Positions 1-10,513 are shown, counted from the whole stretch's first letter. The stretch: 63,728 nucleotides of DNA, filler included, from Pseudomonadota bacterium (GCA_040387495.1; 5 parts of 4 records of this genome joined end to end with filler, not necessarily neighbours in it), one strand, 5' to 3'. Program-made: numbers and translations. The notes: a model not told the origin generated them from the sequence alone.

Positions 1-65
1 ATACAAAAATGTACGCAATCACACCGGTATGGCTAAGGTTGAGTATCGTTTCTAATAAAACGCGC

Positions 66-860
66 TTAGCAAATTGGTTTAGCCTTATTAAACACATTAA
101 AAAAGTTGGCTGTCGTCATGTGTGCAACTTCTTCTAAAGAAAGCCCCTTGACCTCAGCAACTTTTTCAGCCACAACACGTGTCCACGCCGGCTGATTTGG
201 CTGCCCACGATGCGGAATTGGCGCCAAAAATGGCGAATCGGTCTCAACGAGCATACGATCAAGTGGCGTAAATCGCACAACCTCACGCAATTCCTCAGCC
301 TTTTTAAAGGTGATAATCCCTGAAAATGAAATGTAATACCCACGATCAAGTGCGGCCTTTGCAAGTTCTACACTGCCACTAAAACAATGAAACACACCCG
401 TTGCTGTGGGATGATTACTAATAGCAGCCAACGTATCTGCGTCTGCATCACGCGTATGAATCACAACAGGCAAATTCAGCTTTGCAGAAGCCTCTAGATG
501 GATATCAAAACATGCAATCTGTTCTTCGCGCGGGCTATTATCGTAATAATAATCAAGCCCTGTTTCGCCAAGACCAACTACCTTTGGGTGTTTTACATGG
601 TCTATCAATTGCGCCATCAAATCCGTCGGTGAATGATCTTTTGCATCATGCGGGTGGACACCAACGGTGCAAAAAACCTGTGGGTACTTATCAGCAATGG
701 TTTTTAAAAGATCTGTTTCGGAAAGACGAGTATTAATGGCAAGGCAATAACGAATATCATTTTCCGCTGCATGCGCTAAAACCTGATCAAGGTTCGGAAA
801 TAATTCTGGATAATTTAGGTGACAGTGACTATCGACAAGCGTGAGCAATTTGGCTGACAT
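66..860 (-). CDS. tatD: TatD family hydrolase/DNase
   Basis: DSHCH, VGVHPH, GETGLDY, VIHTRDA, FHCFSG and ETDSPFLAP motifs; start moved to ATG at 860 (MSAKLL). Confidence 0.95.
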   Translation of the reverse strand: MSAKLLTLVDSHCHLNYPELFPNLDQVLAHAAENDIRYCLAINTRLSETDLLKTIADKYPQVFCTVGVHPHDAKDHSPTDLMAQLIDHVKHPKVVGLGETGLDYYYDNSPREEQIACFDIHLEASAKLNLPVVIHTRDADADTLAAISNHPTATGVFHCFSGSVELAKAALDRGYYISFSGIITFKKAEELREVVRFTPLDRMLVETDSPFLAPIPHRGQPNQPAWTRVVAEKVAEVKGLSLEEVAHMTTANFFNVFNKAKPIC

Positions 861-969
861 TACGTTGAATCTTTGAACTTTAAACATGTAAAATACTACA
901 CATATCTTGTGTGTGAGGAAAGCGCATAGTATCAATTAACTAAGGATTAAAAAAAGATTGGGAATAAAA

Positions 970-2397
970 ATGATTGATAAGATTGGTGTATTTTGGTTTA
1001 GACAAGACCTTAGGCTGTCAGACAACCCTGGTCTTACTGAAGCATCAAAAGATGGATCAGTACTGCCAATTTACCTTTTAGATGACGAGAGCCCCGCTGA
1101 ATTTAAAATGGGAAGTGCCAGCCGATGGTGGTTGCATCATTCTCTAAATAATCTTAATCAATCACTAGACGGCAAACTAAATGTGTACGTCGGGTCAGCC
1201 AAAGAAGTACTCCTTAATATCATAAAAACAAACAATGTCAGGGCAGTTTATTGGAATCGCTGTTACGAACCTTGGCGCATCCACGATGATGCAGAAATCA
1301 AAGCCGAATTAACTTCGCTTGGCATTGAATGTAAGACTTTCAATGGATCATTGCTGTGGGAGCCATGGGAAGTGACTAAAAAAGACAATACGCCCTATAA
1401 AGTTTATACACCCTATTTTCGTAATGGATGCTCACAGGCAAAATCACCTCGAATTCCATTACCCAAACCAGAAAACATAAAACTTATTAAAGACGGTAAA
1501 TCTCAAACAATTAATGATTTAAATCTCTTGCCCACAATACCCTGGGATAAAAAAATGGAGCCATGCTGGGAAATTGGCGAATCTGCTGCACAGAAAAAGT
1601 TGGAGGCGTTTTTAGATGATGGTTTGCCAGGCTATAAAGAGAATCGAAATTATCCAGCAAAACCCAATGTTTCACGATTGTCCCCTCACCTCCATTTTGG
1701 TGAAATTTCTCCCAATCAAGTTTGGTACAGCGCGCAAGCACATGGGCTGATTCAAGGCGTAGAAAATGACCTTGATTGTTTTTTAAGCGAGCTTGGGTGG
1801 CGTGAATTTTCCTACTATTTGCTGTATCATTTTCCAGAATTGCCACGTAAAAACTTCCAAAGTAAGTTCGATCATTTTCCCTGGCAATATAATATTGATC
1901 TTTTAAAGGCTTGGCAGCACGGGCAAACGGGTTATCCAATAGTTGATGCGGGTATGCGCCAGTTATGGCAAACAGGATATATGCATAATCGTTTGCGCAT
2001 GATTGTTGCTTCCTTTTTAGTCAAGAATTTATTGCTCAACTGGCATCATGGGGAAGATTGGTTTTGGGATTGTTTGGTCGATGCTGATCTTGCCAATAAC
2101 AGCGCAAGCTGGCAATGGGTTGCAGGGTCTGGTGCCGATGCTGCACCCTATTTTAGAATATTTAATCCAGTGCTGCAGGGTGAAAAATTTGACCCTAATG
2201 GTGCTTACACGCGTCATTTTGTGCCCGAACTTAAGAACATTCCAAATAAATATTTGTTCAGTCCATGGAAAGCCCCTGAACATGTGTTAAAGGCTTCAGG
2301 TGTTACGCTAGGAACAACATACCCAAAGCCTATTATAGATTTGGAAAAATCACGCAACAGGGCTTTAGAGGCATTTAAAATGTGCAAAAACCTTTAA
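970..2397 (+). CDS. phrB: Deoxyribodipyrimidine (CPD) photolyase
   Basis: WFRQDLRLSDN, SRLSPHLHFGEIS, ELGWREF, TGYPIVDAGMRQL, GYMHNRLRMIVASF, DADLANN motifs. Confidence 0.95.
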   Translation: MIDKIGVFWFRQDLRLSDNPGLTEASKDGSVLPIYLLDDESPAEFKMGSASRWWLHHSLNNLNQSLDGKLNVYVGSAKEVLLNIIKTNNVRAVYWNRCYEPWRIHDDAEIKAELTSLGIECKTFNGSLLWEPWEVTKKDNTPYKVYTPYFRNGCSQAKSPRIPLPKPENIKLIKDGKSQTINDLNLLPTIPWDKKMEPCWEIGESAAQKKLEAFLDDGLPGYKENRNYPAKPNVSRLSPHLHFGEISPNQVWYSAQAHGLIQGVENDLDCFLSELGWREFSYYLLYHFPELPRKNFQSKFDHFPWQYNIDLLKAWQHGQTGYPIVDAGMRQLWQTGYMHNRLRMIVASFLVKNLLLNWHHGEDWFWDCLVDADLANNSASWQWVAGSGADAAPYFRIFNPVLQGEKFDPNGAYTRHFVPELKNIPNKYLFSPWKAPEHVLKASGVTLGTTYPKPIIDLEKSRNRALEAFKMCKNL

Positions 2398-2406
2398 TGC
2401 ACATAA

Positions 2407-2454
2407 AAACAACATGTTGACACAAGGAATTTATCCGAATACCATATATAGTGT
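2407..2454 (+). promoter_or_regulatory. Tandem NrdR boxes overlapping a sigma70 promoter of nrdAB
   Basis: AAACAACATGTTGACA (2407-2422) and ATACCATATATAGTGT (2439-2454) match the NrdR consensus and lie 32 bp apart; TTGACA (2417)-N17-TACCAT (2440). Confidence 0.75.
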
Positions 2455-2626
2455 TAATGGTGTTTTATGTAAGACGTTACATGAACTTAAAAGGGAATTT
2501 GGTTAAATACCAAAGCTGCCCCCGCAACTGTAAGCGATGAGTGTTTTTTTAATAATGCCACTGGATTTTTAGGATCTGGGAAGGCCGAAACGACGCAATG
2601 ACTCGCAAGCCAGGAAACCTGCCCTA
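2455..2626 (+). ncRNA. Cobalamin (B12) riboswitch
   Basis: AAAAGGGAA..GGT..AAATACC, GCTGCCCCCGCAACTGTAA, GCCACTG..GGGAAGGC and B12 box AGCCAGGAAACCTGCC; upstream of B12-independent RNR; ends approximate. Confidence 0.93.
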
Positions 2627-2736
2627 ACGCATAACAACAAAACCAATTTCATCTATGAAATTAGGAAAAATCATCGGGCGGGGTGCACCGATAGAGGAAG
2701 ATTAGGCACGATGTGCTTTGTTTTCGCTATCACCTG

Positions 2737-2754
2737 CCCTCATTAAAAAGAGGG
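2737..2754 (+). promoter_or_regulatory. RBS-sequestering hairpin of the riboswitch expression platform
   Basis: CCCTC-ATTAAAAA-GAGGG pairs the Shine-Dalgarno 6 nt before the nrdA ATG at 2761. Confidence 0.6.
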
Positions 2755-2760
2755 TTAATC

Positions 2761-4692
2761 ATGAGAAGCAATATAACAAACGCCTACGACTTTGACCATA
2801 ATGGTCATTTGATCGATTACCAACCACAAAACCTTATTAAATTCCCCGAAACACAAGAGCAAAAAGAACTCTATCGTAAATCTGCACAAAAACCTGATGT
2901 TAAACCCAAGGTAGCTGCTTCGGTTATAATATTAGACTATTCTCGCGATAACCTGTTAACTGATTTCGGCAAAGCAACGCTAGATGATCGTTATCTTCTA
3001 GATGGCGAAAACTACCAGAAAATGTTCGCCCGCGTTTCATCCGCATATGCCGATGATGCCGACCATGCGCAGCGACTTTATGACTACATGTCGCAACTGT
3101 GGTTTATGCCTTCAACTCCGATTTTATCCAATGCTGGCGCTAAACGTGGCCTGCCAATTTCATGTTTTCTCAATACAGTTAGTGATTCACTAAGCGGCAT
3201 TACGACAACCTGGAATGAAAATATATTGCTGGCATCCAACGGTGGCGGCATCGGTACCTATTGGGGATTTGTGCGTGGTGTCGGCGAATCTGTAGGGCGT
3301 GCTGGAAAAACTTCTGGTATCATTCCATTTATCCGCGTCATGGATTCGCAAACACTTGCTATTTCGCAAGGCAGCCTTCGCCGTGGTTCTGCCGCCGTTT
3401 ATCTGGATGTACATCACCCAGAGATCGAAGAATTCCTTGAAATCAGAAAGCCATCTGGCGACTTTAATCGTAAAAGTTTAAACCTGCATCATGGTATTAA
3501 CCTCACCGATGAATTCATGAACGCCGTTAAAGATGATACAGAGTTTGCACTGCGATCACCAAAAACGAAAGATCCTATCAAGTTCGTTAACGCACGTCAG
3601 TTATTTCAGAAAATCCTTGAAATGCGCCTACAGACAGGTGAGCCATACTTAATCTTCATAGACTCTGCGAATCGTGCCATGCCCAAGCATCAACGCGAAT
3701 TAGGACTCAACATTTGCATGTCAAACTTATGCAGCGAAATTCTACTTCCAACAGGCCCAGATCACTTAGGAAAGGATCGTACTGCAGTCTGTTGCCTATC
3801 ATCCTTAAATGCCGAACAATGGGATAAGTGGCATGATCACCCACATATTATCGAAGACATATTTCGTATGCTTGATAACGTGTTGCAGGAATTTATTGAT
3901 ACAGCACCCGATGGTATGGCACGTGCAAAGTACTCGGCTATGCGTGAACGTTCGGTGGGGCTAGGTTTGATGGGTTTTCATTCGTTCTTACAACAAAAGG
4001 GCATCCCTTTTGAAAGCGTGCTCGCAAAATCATGGAATATGCGCATGTTCAGGCATATCAGGCGTGCAGCCGATGCGGCGTCTGTAGCTTTGGCAACCGA
4101 GCGTGGTGCTTGCCCAGATGCTAAGGAACGTAATATCAACACACGTTTCAGTCATAAATTGGCCATCGCACCCACAGCATCCATCAGCATTATTTGCGGC
4201 GGTACATCTGCATGCGTAGAGCCTATCCCCGCCAACATTTACACACACAAAACACTGTCTGGTAACTTTGCCGTTAAAAATATTTATCTGGAAAAATTAC
4301 TCACCGAAAGAGGCATAAACAATGATCCCACATGGCAATCCATTGTTGAGCGAGAAGGATCAGTACAACATATTGATGCACTGACGCCAATCGAAAAGGA
4401 TATCTTTAAAACGGCATTTGAAATTGATCAACGCTGGGTTATTGAGCTAGCAGGTGATCGTGCTGCATTCATCTGCCAAGGGCAATCTATTAATTTGTTT
4501 TTGCCCGCTGATATCAACAAATGGGATCTGCTCATGTTGCATTGGTCTGCCTGGGAAAAAGGCGTTAAAAGTCTATATTACTGTCGTTCAAAATCAATCC
4601 AGCGTGCTGAATTTACTGGCGGTGAAGGTAAACAAATCGCGACACTTGAAGCCAAACGTACCGATTATGAGGAATGTCTATCATGTCAATAA
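2761..4692 (+). CDS. nrdA: Class Ia ribonucleotide reductase alpha subunit, no evident ATP cone
   Basis: PISCF, SNLCSEI, AVCCLSS, AIAPTASIS, KSLYYCRS and C-terminal ECLSCQ. Confidence 0.96.
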   Translation: MRSNITNAYDFDHNGHLIDYQPQNLIKFPETQEQKELYRKSAQKPDVKPKVAASVIILDYSRDNLLTDFGKATLDDRYLLDGENYQKMFARVSSAYADDADHAQRLYDYMSQLWFMPSTPILSNAGAKRGLPISCFLNTVSDSLSGITTTWNENILLASNGGGIGTYWGFVRGVGESVGRAGKTSGIIPFIRVMDSQTLAISQGSLRRGSAAVYLDVHHPEIEEFLEIRKPSGDFNRKSLNLHHGINLTDEFMNAVKDDTEFALRSPKTKDPIKFVNARQLFQKILEMRLQTGEPYLIFIDSANRAMPKHQRELGLNICMSNLCSEILLPTGPDHLGKDRTAVCCLSSLNAEQWDKWHDHPHIIEDIFRMLDNVLQEFIDTAPDGMARAKYSAMRERSVGLGLMGFHSFLQQKGIPFESVLAKSWNMRMFRHIRRAADAASVALATERGACPDAKERNINTRFSHKLAIAPTASISIICGGTSACVEPIPANIYTHKTLSGNFAVKNIYLEKLLTERGINNDPTWQSIVEREGSVQHIDALTPIEKDIFKTAFEIDQRWVIELAGDRAAFICQGQSINLFLPADINKWDLLMLHWSAWEKGVKSLYYCRSKSIQRAEFTGGEGKQIATLEAKRTDYEECLSCQ

Positions 4693-5777
4693 AACAGCTA
4701 GAAAATTACAGCAACGAAAACCCAATGTCACTGCAAGGAAAAGGCCTCATTGGCCTACTTGAAACGTCAAACGGCTACGACGTCGATCGCTACCCATGGG
4801 CTTTTTCCGCATGGAAACGTCAGCAACAAATTCACTGGATGGGTGAGGAAGTCGCACTTGGTGAAGACATAAAAGACTGGAATAGCGATCGGCTTAGCAC
4901 GCAAGAGCGAAATCTATTAACCCAAATATTTCGATTTTTTACACAATCCGATGTTGAAGTCAGCGACAATTATTTCAAACGCTACATTCCCATTTTTCAG
5001 CCGCTTGAACTGCAAATGATGATGGCGGCATTTACTAATATGGAAACGGTGCACATTGACGCATATGCACTGCTGCTTAAAACACTGGGTATGCCAAAGA
5101 CTGAGTTTCAGATGTTTCGTGAATATGATTCCATGCGTGCAAAAGCGGATTATATGCATACCTTTGGCACCAACACGTGTGCAGATGTAGCGCGAACACT
5201 TGCCATGTTTGGCGCATTTACCGAAGGCATGTCATTGTTTGCAAGTTTTGCCATGCTGATGAATTTTCCACGCTTTAATAAAATGAAAGGCATGGGACAG
5301 ATTGTTAGCTGGTCAGTGCGCGATGAATCACTCCATTGCGAATCCATCATTCGTTTGTATCATGAATGGGCACGCGAAACCGGCGCTGTGACCAAAGCTG
5401 TTGCCGACGATATCATTGAAGTCGGCACGACAATGGTCTCCCTTGAAGATAAATTTGTGGATTTAGCCTTTGAACAAGGCGCTGTAGAGGGTATGAAAGC
5501 CCAGGATATCAAAAACTATATTCGCTACATTTGTGACTGGCGATTGACGCAGTTAAAACTAAAACCAGTGTATGGCTATTTTGAGGAATCAGCCGGTGAC
5601 TATCAACAAAGGCAAGAGCACCCCCTACCCTGGCTCAGCGCAATCTTAAATGGTGTTGAACACGCGAATTTCTTTGAAGCACGATCAACAGAATATTCCA
5701 AAGCTGCCACACAAGGTGACTGGCATGGTGAAGGTGGTGTGTGGGCATCATTTGAAAAGATGCGAAAAACTGTTTAA
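4683..5777 (+). CDS. nrdB: Class Ia ribonucleotide reductase beta subunit
   Basis: FFTQSD, METVHIDAY (radical Tyr), FTEG, RDESLH, NFFE; start 4683 or 4725. Confidence 0.96.
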   Translation: MSIKQLENYSNENPMSLQGKGLIGLLETSNGYDVDRYPWAFSAWKRQQQIHWMGEEVALGEDIKDWNSDRLSTQERNLLTQIFRFFTQSDVEVSDNYFKRYIPIFQPLELQMMMAAFTNMETVHIDAYALLLKTLGMPKTEFQMFREYDSMRAKADYMHTFGTNTCADVARTLAMFGAFTEGMSLFASFAMLMNFPRFNKMKGMGQIVSWSVRDESLHCESIIRLYHEWARETGAVTKAVADDIIEVGTTMVSLEDKFVDLAFEQGAVEGMKAQDIKNYIRYICDWRLTQLKLKPVYGYFEESAGDYQQRQEHPLPWLSAILNGVEHANFFEARSTEYSKAATQGDWHGEGGVWASFEKMRKTV

Positions 5778-5803
5778 CAATGGAAATCAAACTCTCCAAA
5801 ACC

Positions 5804-5999
5804 TGTGGATAACTCTGTGGATAAGTATAAAAAAAAATTACATAAAATCCAACATATCTAAATCTATGGGTGATTCTTGAGAAGGAATCACCTAAAAGAA
5901 CATGTAGTTTTATTGAATCTTTAACACAAAATACAATAAAATATTATGTTTGCCTCACATGTCAAAATTAAAAATGCAGGTAGAAATAATTGTGGATAA
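5804..5999. promoter_or_regulatory. Cluster of three perfect DnaA boxes in an AT-rich intergenic region (candidate oriC or DnaA-binding locus)
   Basis: TGTGGATAA at 5804-5812, 5816-5824 and 5991-5999. Confidence 0.6.
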
Positions 6000-6174
6000 C
6001 TTTGTATATAAAAACAACCAGAAAAGATGATATTTTATGAAAGTTATCTCTATTTTTCACATTGTATTAAAACACATAATGAAGTAAATAGTGAAAAATA
6101 ATCTTGTTAATTTTGTGTCCAAGACTAGGTTTAACAATAAATACCTTTGAGTTTTAATCAACAGATGAGCTTAA

Positions 6175-6947
6175 TGGCTCATAAAAATAATAGATAATGG
6201 GATCATAACGACAAAACTTAATGAATTTACAGCCGTAGATGAACTGAAAAACAAACAAAACGTACAAAAATTCTACGAAGAAATTTTTAAGCTTATTCAA
6301 GAAACAAAGAAATTTGCAACTTACAGACAAAATGCAATAGGTAATCCAGATGATGATGCTATCTTAGCATGCTTAAGTCAGATTAAAAGAAATTTGCTTG
6401 CCGTTGGAATGATACTAAACATGCATATGAATACGTGCTTTCAAAATGGCCAATCAATGAGCAAAGAAGAATTTGAAAAAAATACTGTAATAACTCAGAA
6501 CATGGCAAATCTTTAACTGGCTTATTTGAAAAAATAGAAGATCTTCATCCAATTAATTTTCTTTTAAAGCATGGAACGTTGGATTGTATTTATTTTCATA
6601 TGGACACATTCATTTCCAATATTTTTAATTTTCTTAGAGGAAAAGGTGAGATAACAAAGAATGCGAGAACGTTTTACGAACAGTATCCATCGGTCTTAAA
6701 CATAATTTTTAAGAATGCCCTTGCGCTAGAGGCGTCTCATACCAAAAATCTAAAAGCTCTCTCTACCATCAGAAATTCTTACCAAAATAATGGTTTTGAT
6801 AAACATAACCATAAACTAGCCTCATTTACAACATTAGAATTTATTGATATAATACGTAATAATATTACTTTAATTCAAGAAATATCTTGTATCCCTCACA
6901 TAGAAATAGAAAGCATCACAGATAAAGCAGCAAGTATGATTATCTGA
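6175..6947 (+). pseudogene. Frameshifted hypothetical gene (~255 codons)
   Basis: Open frame 6175-6516 (…EEFEK) continues into the frame of ORF 6579..6947 (KYCNNSEHGK…HGTLDCIYF) if the A7 run at 6476-6482 is A8; start not identified. Confidence 0.55.
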
Positions 6948-6954
6948 TAAGCAA

Positions 6955-8715
6955 CTAAAACGCAATATCTTCCAGCATAAGCGTTACAGAATTTCGTCCA
7001 CCGAATGTATCATTCTTGATTGTTACAACAACGTCAAATTTCTCTGTTCGCGCACGTTTTATTGCAGCCTCAAATGGTGTGCCTGTCACACGAAATGCCA
7101 TTAACTTCGCCCCCGCACCGGTTTCATCTTGAATGCGGCATCTAAAATGAGATCCATCACCAATAGGTTCTGCATAAGGCATAGTTACATTTTGTATCAT
7201 AAATCGCGGTTGTGCATTGCCAGCGCCAAAGGGTTCTAGCTTTTGTAATTCCTCAATAAGAGCCAGGGTTGCCCCGCCAACAGAAAGCATTCCATCAATG
7301 TTTAACGTCGGTAATGATGCTCTAGCATTTGCGCCCAGCTCTGTATTTAGAAATTCGTAAAACGCATCATAACGCGCACGTAAAACAGTGAATCCAGCTG
7401 CCATGGCGTGCCCGCCGCCTTTATCAAGCAACCCCAGCTGCACCGCCTTTATCATGGCTTCCCCCATAATCACACCAGGTACTGAACGGCCTGATCCTTT
7501 GCCAATGTCAGCATCAAAGGCGACTACAAGTGCTGGCTTGTGGAAACGTTCTTTAAGACGGCTTGCAACGATGCCAATAACACCTGGATGCCAACCTTCG
7601 TTATGCACAAGTAAAATTGGATGTTGATCAAGATTATGCAATACGACTTGCTCCAGCGCCTGTTCTAAAACCAAACGTTCAATCCCTTGACGCTCTTCAT
7701 TATACGCATCTAACCGACTGGCAATTTGTTTGGAAAGCAACAAATCATCCGTTGACAACAAATGACTACCCAGCATCGCATCGCCTACACGTCCACCAGC
7801 ATTCACACGTGGTCCTAAGGCAAAACCAAGATGATACGCACTCGGCTTTTCATTGACTTTTGCAATGTCACTCAGCGTGCTAAGGCCAATATTAGTGCGT
7901 CCGGCCATGACTTTAAGACCTTGACGAACAAACGCACGGTTAAGCCCAATCAGCGGCATGACGTCGCATACGGTACCAAGCGCAACGAGATCAAGCAGTC
8001 CTTTCAAATCAGGCTCTGGCCTATCCTTAAAATGACCATCATTCCGTAGCGCACGATTCAGTGCCACCACAAATAAATAGGCCACGCCTGCTGCACATAA
8101 AAAGCGCATTTCATCACGTGGCAAGGTGGTCTGATCAAGCCTATTGGGATTCACAAGTGCTACTGTAATTGGCAACGTAGCCTCTGCCGTGTGATGATCA
8201 AGGACAATGACATCAAGGCCAGCATCCGCCGCAGCTTTAAGTGGTTCAAATGCTGTTGTTCCGCAGTCCACCATTAAAACAAGATCAGTTGGCTTTGCTC
8301 GGAGCATTAAAAGTGCTTCAGTATTAGCCCCATACCCCTCGTCAATTCGATCGGGAATGTATACATTAATAGGATGCCCGATGGAATCAAAATACCGCCG
8401 AAGAAGCGCGGATGATGTGGCACCATCAACGTCATAATCACCGTAAACAACAATGCTTTGCTTATTTTTGATTGCCAACAGCGTGCGCACGACGGCTTTT
8501 TCCATGTCGATTAAATGATTTGGTTCAGGCAAATAATGACGCAGCGTTGGGTTTAAATATGATTCAACTTGATCGATGGGAATGCCACGGTGCACAAGAA
8601 TTTGTGCCAAAATATCAGAGATTCCATATCGCTGAATCAAGGTCATAACTTGGCGTGGGTCGGGTTCAGTGTATAGCCATGCCTTGCCAGTGATAGATGC
8701 GCGTTTTGTTGGCAT
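6955..8715 (-). CDS. recJ: ssDNA-specific exonuclease RecJ
   Basis: YGDYDVDG, VDCG, LDHH, GTVCDV, PRVNAGGR, GGGHAMAAG, LEPFGAGN. Confidence 0.96.
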   Translation of the reverse strand: MPTKRASITGKAWLYTEPDPRQVMTLIQRYGISDILAQILVHRGIPIDQVESYLNPTLRHYLPEPNHLIDMEKAVVRTLLAIKNKQSIVVYGDYDVDGATSSALLRRYFDSIGHPINVYIPDRIDEGYGANTEALLMLRAKPTDLVLMVDCGTTAFEPLKAAADAGLDVIVLDHHTAEATLPITVALVNPNRLDQTTLPRDEMRFLCAAGVAYLFVVALNRALRNDGHFKDRPEPDLKGLLDLVALGTVCDVMPLIGLNRAFVRQGLKVMAGRTNIGLSTLSDIAKVNEKPSAYHLGFALGPRVNAGGRVGDAMLGSHLLSTDDLLLSKQIASRLDAYNEERQGIERLVLEQALEQVVLHNLDQHPILLVHNEGWHPGVIGIVASRLKERFHKPALVVAFDADIGKGSGRSVPGVIMGEAMIKAVQLGLLDKGGGHAMAAGFTVLRARYDAFYEFLNTELGANARASLPTLNIDGMLSVGGATLALIEELQKLEPFGAGNAQPRFMIQNVTMPYAEPIGDGSHFRCRIQDETGAGAKLMAFRVTGTPFEAAIKRARTEKFDVVVTIKNDTFGGRNSVTLMLEDIAF

Positions 8716-8870
8716 GGATAGGCTCCGATAATGGGAGGAAATGATTTTATTAATATACGCTGTTAAAGCATGTTGGTCAAAGATCATGTTTTTTAGAATA
8801 ATTATATTGAAATTAAAGGTAAATTAGATTACTAATGTCATGAAAGTTAACTTAATTGATAGGAAAGAAC

Positions 8871-9515
8871 ATGGAAAGCTATAACAATAAAACCATTTCT
8901 AAAAACAAACTAACGCATTACAGTAAGATAATAATTGGTTGCGTATTTATTGTTGCATGTATAACAAGTTCAGCGTCAGCGATGCGAAAAGGCTTGGTAC
9001 TGCTTGAAGAAGCTGCACGTTTAGGAGCCCATAACGTATCAATTTCACCTAATAATTTACTACAATTTGAAGAGAGTTTGGCAGCTTTTGAAAAATCAAC
9101 AACAGATTGGCGTGCAAAAAATCTTATTACTTTAAGAGAGCATGGTGTGCTGTTATTTGAAAATACTGCTATTTTACGTAATGACAGAGAAAACATAATT
9201 GCTGATAAAACGCAAACAATTAACAGTCTTTTGCAAATTCATAACCAAAAACTCAAATTTATAAATTCACAAATTATAATTAACGTTTTTAATAACTCTG
9301 TTAATAACGCTTCTTCATATGCACATATTGAAGAATATCTGAAATCTTTTGTGCAAGGTATTCCTGGTGAATTAAGGATAGGATTGAATGATCTAGAGCC
9401 TTCTCTCGCTAAGCTTGAAGGAAAGATAAGTGATACTGCATTAAAATCAATGTCCGCTAAACTCAAATGGAATTATAGCCGGAAGCTTATTGGTATTGAT
9501 ATGGGGATATGTTAA
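8871..9515 (+). CDS. Hypothetical protein with signal-peptide-like N-terminus
   Basis: Long ORF with hydrophobic IIIGCVFIVACITSSASA and a downstream terminator. Confidence 0.7.
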   Translation: MESYNNKTISKNKLTHYSKIIIGCVFIVACITSSASAMRKGLVLLEEAARLGAHNVSISPNNLLQFEESLAAFEKSTTDWRAKNLITLREHGVLLFENTAILRNDRENIIADKTQTINSLLQIHNQKLKFINSQIIINVFNNSVNNASSYAHIEEYLKSFVQGIPGELRIGLNDLEPSLAKLEGKISDTALKSMSAKLKWNYSRKLIGIDMGIC

Positions 9516-9560
9516 TAGATGATTTGTTTAAAACCATTTTTACAAAAATAAGACCAAGAT

Positions 9561-9588
9561 GGGAGCATTGTAATGCTCCCCTTTTTTT
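9561..9588 (+). terminator. Intrinsic terminator
   Basis: GGGAGCATT-GT-AATGCTCCC followed by a T run, between convergent genes. Confidence 0.8.
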
Positions 9589-10501
9589 AGCCACTATGCA
9601 TCGCAAGCGTACCCGACCTGCCATCAACGGTTCCTTGAACCATGGGCAAGCGTGGTAATTTTTCTTTGTGCTTTAATAAATCATTGGCAATTGTTTCAAC
9701 CGGCACAAACGTAATCCCTTTGGCAAGAGAATCATCTAAGAACTGAGTAAACCAATCAATAAATGCCATGCCCTCAAGCTCTGCATGAATCGTCAGTACA
9801 TTTAACGACTGTTTTCCAATTTGAGTGTGATACGTTTCAGTTAACTGTTCCATTGGGTATTCTGGTCGCCCAAGCAGCTCATCCAGCGTTGGCAAGGTTG
9901 TTGGAATTTGCAGTGTTTGAAATATACGTTGTTTTACCGTTGGGTAAAAGGCCTGAGTCCCACGTGCATCACTTGCATATACAAGTGAATGTTCATCATA
10001 CGCAGAAAGGCTCGATTTATTTGCTTGCCAACCTGCTGCTCCCATCGTGCGTGGCTTGTGGCCAAATACACGTGTAAATACCTCTACAGAGCGGTTAATT
10101 TCTTCACGTATGCGTGCTTCTGACCATGTAGCTAATTTATCTTGCCACGCATTATGGTCATAACAATGCACGCCTACTTCGTGTCCGCTTACGGCAATAC
10201 TTCGCATGATAGAACCATGGCAATTGCCAATATGTGGGCCGTTTCCGAATAATCCATTGAGTAATGTGCGAATGCCGTACACTTTAACGACACTGGTACG
10301 ACTGACTTTTTGAAAAAATCCTGGTTTAAAAATACGACGAATAGCACGCCCTGTATTGTCTGGCCCCATAGAAAAGAGAAACGTTGCTTTGATGCCTCGA
10401 TCATCAAGCAAACGCATCAAGTTCAAAGCACCAATACGCGTACCACGTTCTGTATCGACGTCAATTTTCAGACCGACAATTTTTTTCTCTAAAGAAGACA
10501 T
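9587..10501 (-). CDS. arnD: Undecaprenyl-phosphate Ara4FN deformylase (polysaccharide deacetylase family)
   Basis: LKIDVDT, FLFSMGPDNTGRA, HEVGVHCYDH, AAGWQ, QIPTTLPTLDE, TIHAELEG. Confidence 0.88.
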   Translation of the reverse strand: MSSLEKKIVGLKIDVDTERGTRIGALNLMRLLDDRGIKATFLFSMGPDNTGRAIRRIFKPGFFQKVSRTSVVKVYGIRTLLNGLFGNGPHIGNCHGSIMRSIAVSGHEVGVHCYDHNAWQDKLATWSEARIREEINRSVEVFTRVFGHKPRTMGAAGWQANKSSLSAYDEHSLVYASDARGTQAFYPTVKQRIFQTLQIPTTLPTLDELLGRPEYPMEQLTETYHTQIGKQSLNVLTIHAELEGMAFIDWFTQFLDDSLAKGITFVPVETIANDLLKHKEKLPRLPMVQGTVDGRSGTLAMHSG

Positions 10502-10513
10502 ATATTTTTCTTT

